NCBI GenBank assembly: GCA_051313645.2
Contig: JBNRSN020000025.1
Coordinates: 86,428,001-86,492,000 of the forward strand
Reading direction: 5' to 3'
Source of the DNA: Centroscyllium fabricii
Taxonomy: Eukaryota
DNA length: 64,000 nt
The translations under genes and the position numbers were made by a program. Shown here piece by piece: positions 53,501 to 64,000 of this stretch. The stretch's first letter is position 1. Every line of letters begins with the position of its first letter. Under the pieces are notes generated by a model. That model was not told the origin of the DNA. It did not search any database and saw only the letters and a list, made by a program, of their open reading frames with translations.

Positions 53501-56500
53501 TAACCAGACCCGGTATTGACACACAGTAAAGCAGTAACCAGACCCGGCATCCACACACGGGAAAATGGTTACCGGACCCGGTATTGACCCGCGGTAAAAC
53601 AGTAACCGGACCCAATATCGACACACGGTAAAACAGTCACCAGACCCGGTATCGACACATGGTAAAACAGAAACCGGTATCGACACATGGTAAAATAGTA
53701 ATGGGACTGGGTATTCACACATGGTAAAACAGTAACCAGACCCGGTAGCGACACACAATAAAACAGTAACTGGACCCGGTATTGCCACGCGGTAAAACAG
53801 TAACGGGTATCGACACACGGCAAAACAATAACCGGATCCGTATCGACACACGGTAAAACAGTAACCACGTGGTAAAACAGTAACATGACCCAATATCGAC
53901 ACACGGTAAAACAGTAACCGGACCCGGTATCGACACGCAGTGAAACAGTAACCAGACCCGGTATCGACACACAGTAAAGCAGTAACTGACCCGGTATCGG
54001 CATGCGGTAAAACACTAACGGGTATCGACACACGGTAAAACAGTAACCGGACCCGGTATCGACACACGGTAAAACAGTAACCGGACCCGGTATCGACACA
54101 CGGTAAAACAGTAACCAGACCCGGCAGCGACACGCAATAAATCAGTAACTGGACCGGGTATCGACACGCGGTAAAACAGTAACGGGTATCGACACACGGC
54201 AAAACAATAACCGGACCCGTATCGACACATGGTGAAACCGGAACCGGAATCGACATGCAGTAAAACAGTAACCACGTGATAAAACAGTAACATGATCCGA
54301 TATCGACACACGGTAAAACAGCATCAGGACCTATATTGACACACGGTAAAACAGTAACCAGACCAGGTATCGACACGCAGTTTAGCAGTAACTGACCCGG
54401 TATCGACACGCAGTAAAACAGTACCAGACGCGGTATTGGCACGCGGTAAAACAGTAACGGGTATCGACCCACGGTAAAACAGTAACCAGAACCGTTATCG
54501 ATACACGGTGAAACAGTTACTGGACCCGTTATCGATGCACGGTCAAACAGTAACCGGACCCAGTATCGACACACAGTGAAACAGTAACCAGACCCGGTAT
54601 CCACACACGGTAAAACAGTAACTAGACCCGGTATCCACACATGGTAAAACAGTAACCGAACCTGGTATTGACTCGCGGTAAAACGGTTACCAGACCCGTT
54701 ATCGACACGCGGTAAAACAGTAACCGGACCCGGTTTTGACATGCAGTAAAACAGTAACCAGACCCGGTATCGACACGCGGTAAAACAGTAACCGGTCCCA
54801 ATATGGACACACGGTAAAACAGTAACTGGACCCTGTATCAACACACAGTAAAACATAAACCGGTATAGACACATGTAAAAATAGTAATGGGACCAGGAAT
54901 TGACACGCGGTAAAACTGTAACCGGACCCAGTATCGACACATGGTAAAACAGGAACCGGAGTCGGAATTGACACGCGGTAAAACTGTAACCGGACCTGGT
55001 AAAACAGTAACCACATGGTAAAACAGTAACAGGACCCGTAGCGACACACAGTAAAAGAGTAACTGGACCCGGTATCGACACGCGATAAAACAGTAACCGG
55101 ACCCGAGATTGACAAGCGCTAAAACAGTAACTGGACCCGGTATCGACACGTGGTAATAGAGTAGCCGGACCCGCTAGCGACACGCGGTTTAACAGTGATC
55201 GGACCCGGTATCCTCACGTGGTAAAACAGTAACCGGATCCGGTATCGACACGCAGTAAAACCGTAACAGACCCGGTATTGACACAGTAAAGCAGTAACCG
55301 GACCCGGCATCCACACACGGTATAACGGTTACCGGACCCGGTATCGACACACAGTACAACACTAACCGGATCCGGTATCGACACGCAGTAAAACCGTAAC
55401 CAGACCCGGTATTGACACACAGTAAAGCAGTAACCGGACCTGGCATCCACACACGGGAAAACGGTTACCGGACCCGGTATCGACCCGCAGTAAAGCAGTA
55501 ACCGGACCCAATATCGACACACGGTAAAACAGTAACCGCACCCAATATCGACACACGGTAAAACAGTAATCAGACCCGTTATCGACACACGGTAAAACAG
55601 AAATCGGTATCGACACAGTGTAAAATAGTAATGGGACCGGGTATCGACACGCGGTAAAACAGTAACGGGTATCGACACACGGCAAAACAATAACCGGACC
55701 CGTATTGACACACGGTGAAACAGGAACTGGAACCGGAATCGACACGCGGTAAAACAGTAACCACGTGGTAAAACAGTAACATGACCCAATATCGACACAC
55801 GGTGAAACAGTAACAGGACCCATATCGACACATGGTAAAACAGTAACCGGACCCGGTTTTGACATGCAGTAAAACAGTAACCAGACCCGGTATCGACACG
55901 GTAAAATAGTAACCAGACCCGGTATTGGCACACGGTAAAACAGTATCCAGACCCGGTATCGACACACAGTAAATCAGTTACCATACCCGGTATCGACACA
56001 TGGTAAAACAGCCACCAGACCCGGTATCGACACATGGTAAAACAGTAACTGGACCCGGTATCGACACGCAGTAAAACAGTACCCAGACCCGGTATCGACA
56101 CGCAGTAAAGCAGTAAATGACCCGGTATCGACACACAGTAAAAGAGTAACCAGACCCGGTATCGGCACGCGGTAAAACAGTAACGGGTATTGACACACGG
56201 TAAAACAGTAACCGGGCCCGGTATCGATGCACGGTAAAACAGTAACTGGACCTGGTATCGATACACGGTGAAACAGTTACCGGACCCGTTATCGATACAC
56301 GGTAAAACAGTAACCGGACCCGATAACCACAGACGGTAAAACAGTATCCAGACCCGGTATCGACACACAGTGAAACAGTTACCATACCTGGTATCGACAC
56401 ACGGTAAAACAGCAACCAGACCCGATATCGACACATGGTAAAACAGTAACTGGACCCGGTATCAACACCTGGTAAAACAGTAACCGGACCCAGTATCAAC

Positions 56501-59275
56501 ACACGGTAAAACAGTAATCGGACCCGGTATCCACACACGGTGAAACAGTAACCAGACCCGGTATCCACACATGGTGAAACAGTAACCGGACCCGGTATTG
56601 ACACGCGGTTAAACGGTTACCAGACCCGTTATCGTCACGAGGTAAAACAGTTACCGGACCCGGTTTTGACATGCAGTAAAACAGTAACCAGACCCGGTAT
56701 CGACACATGGTAAAACAGTAACCAGACCCGATAACCACAGACGGTAAAACAGTATCCAGACCCGGTATCGACACACAGTAAAACAGTTACCATACCCGAT
56801 ATTGACACACGGTAAAACAGCCACCAGACCCGATAACCACAAACGGTAAAACAGTAACCGGACCCTGTATCCACACACAGTAAAACAGCCACCAGACCCG
56901 GTATCGACACATGGTCAAACAGTAACCAGACCCGGTATCGACACACAGTAAAACAGTAACCAGACCCGGTATCGACACGCAGTAAACCAGTAAATGACCC
57001 GGTATCGACACACAGTAAAACAGTAACCAGACCCGGTATCGGCACGCGGTAAAACAGTAACGGGTATCGACACACGGTAAAACAGTAACCGGGCCCGGTA
57101 TCGATGCACGGTAAAACAGTAACCGGACCCGGTATCAATACACGGTGAAACAGTTACCGGACCCGTTATCGATACACGGTAAAACAGTAACCGGACCCGG
57201 TATCGACATGCGGTAAAACAGTAACCAGACCCAGTATCAACACGCGGTAAAACAGTAACCAGGCTCAGTATTGATACATGGTAGAACAGTAACCAGACCC
57301 GGTATCGACACGCAGTAAAGCAGTAACCAGAACCGGTATCGACACGCGGTAAAACAGTAACCAGTCTCGGTATCGATACACGGTAAAACAGTTACCAGAC
57401 CCGGTATCGACACACGGTAAAACAGTAATCAGACCCGATAACCACAGACAGTAAAACAGTATCCAGACCCGGTATCGACACACAGTAAAACAGCAACCAT
57501 AACCGGTATCGACACATGGTAAAACAGTAACTGGACCCAGTATCGACACCTGGTAAAACAGTAATCGGACCCGGTATCCACACACGGTGAAACAGTAACC
57601 AGACCCGGTATCCACACACGGTAAAACAGTAACTAGACCCGGTATCCACACATGGTAAAACAGTAACCGAATCCGGTATTGACATGCGGTAAAACGGTTA
57701 CCAGACCCATTATCGACAAGCGATAAAACAGTAACCGGACCCGGTATTGACACGCGGTAAGAGTAACCGGACCCGCTAGCGACACGCGGTTTATCAGTAA
57801 CCGGACCCGGTATCCACACATGGTAAAACAGTAACCGGATCCGGTATCGACACGCAGTAAAACCGTAACCAGACCCGGTATTGACACACAGTAAAGCAGT
57901 AACCGGACCCGGCATGCACACACGGTAAAACGGTTACCGGACCCGATATCGACCCGTGGTAAAGCAGTAACCGGACCCAATATCGACACGCGGTAAAACA
58001 GTAACCGCACCCAATATCGACACATGGTAAAACAGTAACCAGACCCGGTATCGACACACGGTAAAACCGAAACCGGTATCGACACATGGTAAAATAGTAA
58101 TGGGACCGGGTATCGACACACGGTAAAACAGTAACCAGACCCGGTAGCGACACAATAAAACAGTAACTGGACCCGGTTTCGACGCGCAGTAAAACAGTAA
58201 TGGGTATCGACACACGGCAAAACAATAACCGGACCCGTATTGACACACGGTGAAACAGGAACTGGAACCGGAATCGACACGCGGTAAAACAGTAACCATG
58301 TGGTAAAACAGTAACATGACCCAATATCGACACACGGTAAAACAGTAACAGGACCCGTATCGACACACGGTAAAACAGTAACCGGACCCGGTATCGACAC
58401 AGTAAAGCAGTAACTGACCCGGTATCGACACGCGGTAAAACAGTAACGGGTATCGACACACGATAAAACAGTAACCAGACCCGGTATCCACACATGGTGA
58501 AACAGTAACTAGACCCGGTATCCACACATGGTAAAACAGTACCCGAACCCGGTATTGACACGCGGTTAAACGGTTACCAGACCCGTTATCGCCACGTGGT
58601 AAAACAGTAACCGGACCCAGTTTTGACATGCAGTAAAACAGTAACCAGACCCGGTATCGACACACGGTAAAACAGTAACCAGACCCGATAACCACAGACG
58701 GTAAAACAGTAACCGGACCCTGTATCCACACACGGTAAAACAGCCACCAGACCCGGTCTCGACACGCAGTAAAACAGTAACTGGACCCGGTATCGACACG
58801 CAGTAAAACAGTAACCAGACCCGGTATCGACACATGGTAAAACAGTAACCGGATCCGGTATCAACACGCAGTAAAACCGTAACCAGACCCGGTATTGACA
58901 CACAGTAAAGCAGTAACCGGACCCGGCATGCACACACGGTAAAACGGTTACCGGACCCGATATCGACCTGTGGTCAAGCAGTAACCGGACCCAATATCGA
59001 CACACGGTAAAACAGTAACCGCACCCAATATCGACACATGGTAAAACAGTAACCAGACCCGGTATCGACACACGGTAAAACAGAAACCGGTATCGACACA
59101 TGGTAAAATAGTAATGGGACCGGGTATCGACACACGGTAAAACAGTAACCAGACCTGGTAACGACACAATAAAACAGTAACTGGACCCGGTTTCGACGCG
59201 CAGTAAAACAGTAATGGGTATCGACACACGGCAAAACAATAACCGGACCCGTATTGACACACGGTGAAACAGGAA

Positions 59276-59455
59276 CACAAGGGGTCAAATGCTGCAAAAC
59301 ACACAGACGGTCGCAACCGTGATATTGGCTTCATGTCACGCTGCATGTGACCCTGCCTGACGTAGAGTCATCCAGACTAGAGACATCTTTGTCTTGTAAG
59401 GAAATTCCTTTTTTTTAAATCATTCTGTGTGTTTTGCAGCATTTGACCCCTTGTG
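59276..59455. mobile_element. 180-bp CAC-TIR MITE, copy 2
   Basis: Duplicate of 45257-45436 with the same flanks, offset 14019. Confidence 0.8.
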
Positions 59456-59687
59456 ACTGTGCCTCATTGATCTCAGACTGATGTGTTAAAATATGTTAAT
59501 ACGCCTTTGTGTGCTCTGTCTATCTCTGCTAAGGTGAGATGTGGGAGATCAGATTTCTCTCTTCCTCCCATATGTGCGTTCTTTAAGTCAGCTTCTCTTT
59601 CACCTGACGAAGGGGCAGAAACTCCGAAAGCTTGTGATTTAAAATAAAAAAGTTGGACTATAACCTGGTGTTGCGTGACTTCTTGCA
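59456..59687 (+). mobile_element. Penelope-like pseudo-LTR fragment, copy 2
   Basis: Duplicate of 45437-45668. Confidence 0.7.
59600..59637 (+). ncRNA. Minimal hammerhead ribozyme motif (Penelope type)
   Basis: UCAC-CUGACGA-A-GGGG(CAGAAA)CUCC-GAAA-GCUU-GUGA: stem I UCAC/GUGA, conserved core, palindromic AGCU stem III. Confidence 0.65.
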
Positions 59688-62366
59688 TGGACCCATATCA
59701 ACAGATGGTGAAACAGTAACCAGACCCGTATCGACATGTAAAACGATAACCGGACCCCCGGTATCGACACGCGGTAAAACAGTAACCGGACTCTGAATCA
59801 AAACGCGATAAAACAGTAACTGGAGCCATACTGACTCGCAGTAGAACAGTAACCCGACCCGGTATCGACACGCGGTGAAACAGTAATCGGACCCAGTATT
59901 GATACGCGGTAAAACAGTAACCGGACCCGGTATCGACACAAGGTAAATAGTAACCGGACCCGACATCGACTCACGGTACAACAGTAACCGGACCCGGTAT
60001 CGACTCACGGTAAAACAGTAACCGGACATGGTACCGCACACGGTAAATCGGTTACCGGACCCAGTATCAACACGCGGTAAAAGAGTAACCGGACCCGGTA
60101 TCGACACACAGTAAAGCAGTAACCGGACCCGGTATCGACACACGATAAAACTAACCGGACCCGGTATCGACACACAGTAAAGCAGTAACCGGACCCGGTA
60201 TCGACACACGGTTAAACAGTAACCATACCCGGTATCGCCGCACAGTAAAGCAGTAACTGGACCCAGCATCCCCACACAGTGATACAGTAACCGGACCCGG
60301 TATCGACAAGCAGTAAAGCAGTAACCGGACGCAGCATCCACACACGGTAAAACGGTTACCGGACCCGGTATCGACACACAGTAAAACCGTAACCAGACCC
60401 GGTATTGACAGACAGTACAGCAGTAACCGGACCCGGCATCCACACACGGTAAAACGGTTACCAGACCCGGTATCGACCCGCAGTAAAGCAGTATCCATAC
60501 CTGTATCGCCACACACTAAAGCAGTAACTGAAGCCGGTATTGACACACGGTAAAACAGTAACCCGACCCAATATCGACGTGGTAAAACAGTAACCGGACC
60601 CAATATCGACACATAGTAAAACAGTAACCGGACCCAATATCGACACATAGTAAAACAGTAACCGGACCCAATATCGACACGGTAAAACAGTAACCGGACC
60701 CAATATCGACACGGTAAAACAGTAACCGGACCCAATATCGACACATGGTAAAACAGTAACCCGACCCAGTATTGATACGTGGTAAAACAGTAACCGGACC
60801 CAATATCGACACATGGTAAAACAGTAACCAGACCCGGTATCGACACACGGTAAAACAGAAACCGGTATCGACACATGGTAAAATAGTAATGGGACCGGGT
60901 ATCGACACGCGGTAAAACTGTAACCGGACCCGGTATCGACACACAGTAAAGCAGTAACCGGACATGGTATCGACACATGGTAAAACAATAACCATACCCG
61001 GTATCGCCACACAGTAATGCAGTAACTGGACCTGGCCTCCACACACGATAAAACAGTTACCGGGCCCGGTATCGACACGCGGTGAAACAGTAACCGGACC
61101 CGGTTTCGGCACACGGTTAAACAGTAACCGGACCCGGTATCGACATGCAGTAAAGCAGTAACCGGACCTGGCATCCACACATGGTAAAACGGTTACTGGA
61201 CCCAATTTCGACACGCGGTAAAACAGTAACCGGATCCGGTATCGGCACGCAGTAAAACCGTAACCAGACCCAGTATTGACACGCAGTAAAACAGTAACCG
61301 GACCCGGAATCGACACATGGTAAAACAATAACCAGGCCCGGTATCGACACATGTTAAATGATAACCGGACCCGGTCCCGGTATCCACACACTTTAAAACA
61401 GTAACCGGACTCGGTATCGAAACAAGGTAAAACAGTAACTGGAACCGGTATCGACACGGTAAAACAGTAACTGGACCCATATCGACAGATGGTGAAACAG
61501 TAACCAGACCTGTATCGACATGTAAAACAATAACCGGACCCGGTATCGACACACGGTAAAACAGTAACCGGACTCGGAATCAAAACGCGGTAAAACAGTA
61601 ACCGGACCCATACTGACTCGCAGTAGAACAGTAACCCGACCCGGTATCGACACAAAGTAAATAGTAACCGGTCCCGGCATCGACTCACGGTACAACAGTA
61701 ACCGGACCCGGTATCGACACACGGTAAAACAGTAACCGGACCCGGTATCCGCACACGGTAAATCGGTTACCGGACCCAGTATCGACACACAGTAAAGCAG
61801 TAACCGGACCCGGTATCGACACACGGTAAAATAGTAATGGGACCGGGTATCGACACACGGTAAAACTGTAACCGGACCCGGTCTTGACACACGGTAAAAC
61901 AGTAACCAGACCTGGTAGCGACACGCAATAAAACAGTAACCAGACCCGGTATCGAAACGCGGTGAAACAGTAACGGGTATCGACACACGGCAAAACAATA
62001 ACTGGACCCGTATCGACTCACGGTAAAACAGGGACCGGAACCGGAATCAACAGTAACCACGTAAAATAGTAACATGACCCGATATCGACACATGGTAAAA
62101 CAGTAACAGGACCCGATATTGACACACGGTAAAACAGTAACCGGACCCAGTATCGACACACAGTAAAACAGTAACCAGACCCGGTATCGACACGCAGTAA
62201 AGCAGTAACTGACCCGGTATCGACACACAGTAAAACAGTAACCAGACCCGGTATCGGCACACGGTAAAACAGAAACCGCTATCGACACACGGTAAAACAG
62301 TAACCGGACCCGGAATCGACACATGGTAAAACAGTAACCGGACCCGGTATCAATTCACAATAAAAC

Positions 62367-63293
62367 TGTAATGTTTGGGGGGTGGGGCCCAAATGCAAGA
62401 CACTGAGACAACAGTCTAGAGCTACGATTCCTTTATTTCCCAACAAATGCAATAACAGATATATATACATACATACAAATATTAACATATAGAACAAGTT
62501 TTCATCTGAACTGGAACAAGCTTTCCTCTGTGTGTGGAACCTTTTATAACGACCACTACCAACAGAGTGGAACAAGCCTTATTCTGAACCGGATATAGTT
62601 TTCTTCTGAACTGGAAACAAGCTTTCTTCTGTGCGTGGAACCTTTTATAACGACCACTACCAACAGAGTGGAACAAGCCTTATTCTGAACCGGATATAGT
62701 TTTCCTCTGAACTGGAAACAAGCTTTCTTCTGTGCGTGGAACCTTTTATAACGACCACTACCAACAGAGTGGAACAAGCTTTATTCTGAACCCCCAGGAC
62801 ACTCAGCCAAGAGCATCCTCATAACAGAAGGGGCATCCTAGTCATAAGAATGAAATGTCCAAACCTGAGTTCAGGTGCTAGAGAGCAATGTCCAGAATGT
62901 AGACACAGGAATTCTCCAGAGTCCGCTCCACCGTGGGGACTCAACCCAACGGAGTTTACAGAAGGAGAATCCATCATCTACAAGCAGGGGAACGCCCCAC
63001 ATACACTGCCTCCCACGGAGCTAGGACAGCAACATCTGTTCCTAGTATTTGGTAATGATCCGGCAACTTGCTGGTCTCAGCTCTAAGCTTATAAGCAGAT
63101 CAAGCTAACTAGATTGATTAGAGCTATCCAATCAAGTGCATGTAATAGTGAACGAGGTACACTCAGGTATGTGCACAGGTAAATGAGGTACAACAAGCTG
63201 TATAAACAGGAAAACAAGGTACAATGAACAAAACAAAGAACAAAACATAGAATTCAAAGATGGATTCTTTAAAGAAGAATTCCATCTATGACA
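62367..63293 (-). mobile_element. 927-bp solo LTR
   Basis: TG...CA termini (TGTAATG...ATGACA), 5-bp TSD AAAAC at 62362-62366 and 63294-63298, minus-strand TATAAAA boxes and AATAAA near 62432. Confidence 0.85.
62490..62791. repeat. 101-bp tandem repeat (~3 copies) inside the LTR
   Basis: Identical ORF starts at 62575, 62676 and 62777; unit contains GGAACCTTTTATAACGACCACTACCAACAGAGTGGAACAAG. Confidence 0.92.
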
Positions 63294-64000
63294 AAAACAA
63301 TAACCAGGCCCGGTATCAACACATGTTAAGCGATAACCAGACCCGCTCCCGGTATCCACACACGGTAAAACAGTAACCGGACTTTGTATTGAAACACGGT
63401 AAAACAGTAACCCGACCCAGTATCGACACGCGTTGAAACTGTAATCTGTCCTGGTATTGATACACGGTAAAACAGGAACCGGACCCGATGTCGACCCGCG
63501 GTAAAGCAGTAACCATACCCGGTATCGCCACACAGCAAAGCAGTAACTGGAGCCGGTATCGACACATGGTAAAATAGTAACCTGACCCAATATCAACGCG
63601 GTAAAACAGTAACCAGACCCGGTATCGACACACGGTAAAACAGTAACCGGTATCGACACATGGTAAAATAGTAATGGGACCGGGTATCAACACGCGGCAA
63701 AACTGTAACCGGACCCGGTATTGACACATGGTAAAACAGTAACCAGACCCGGTAGTGACACGCAATAAAACAGTAAGCGGACCCGGTATCGAAACACAGT
63801 AAAACAGTAACGGGTATCGACACACGGCAAAACAATAACCGGACCCGTATCGACACACGGTAAAACAGGAACTGGAACTGGAATGGACACGCGGTAAAAC
63901 AGTAACCACGTAAAACAGTAACATGACCCGATATCCACACGTGGTAAAACAGTAACCGGACCCCTATTTGCACACGGTAAACCAGTAACCGGACCCGGTA

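Larger units (their letters stand above)
19345..64000. repeat. 34-bp satellite array (consensus GGTAAAACAGTAACCGGACCCGGTATCGACACAC) with higher-order repeats; runs off the window end
   Basis: Head-to-tail monomers throughout in one orientation; identical ORF-track translations recur at offsets 2371, 4089, 6392, ~13012-13090 and 14019-15143. Confidence 0.98.

Noticed and set aside
19407-63973. Hundreds of Cys/Val/Arg-rich minus-strand ORFs as real genes
   Set aside because: They are translations of the satellite in all three frames, with frequent non-triplet indels and no gene structure.
19345-64000. CRISPR array (34-bp repeat with dyad symmetry)
   Set aside because: No unique spacers, monomers abut directly, no cas genes, and the context is vertebrate.

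Overview
Vertebrate (elasmobranch/shark-type) genomic DNA, judged from an HE1/V-SINE and shark-type CR1 and L2 tails. The only host-gene sequence I can find is two 99-bp phase-0 ankyrin-repeat exons on + (7702-7800, 9826-9924) that resemble consecutive exons of ANKDD1A. Positions 1-19.3 kb are nested transposon-derived intron: CR1, Rex1, L2, a Vingi-like LINE, SINEs, minisatellites, a hAT MITE and a 2.5-kb PIF/Harbinger element. The Harbinger DDE transposase is split by a 197-bp LINE-tail-like insert whose 7-bp flanking direct repeat (CCAG|GTA) supplies both splice sites. From ~19.35 kb to the end is a >44-kb CpG-rich 34-bp satellite with nested higher-order periods (1718, 2371, 4089, 6392, ~13 kb, ~14-15 kb). 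It is interrupted by a Harbinger MITE, a duplicated CAC-TIR MITE plus Penelope/hammerhead cassette, two truncated CR1s and a solo LTR. The hundreds of minus-strand ORFs in the satellite are compositional artefacts. Family names come from recalled motifs, not database searches.
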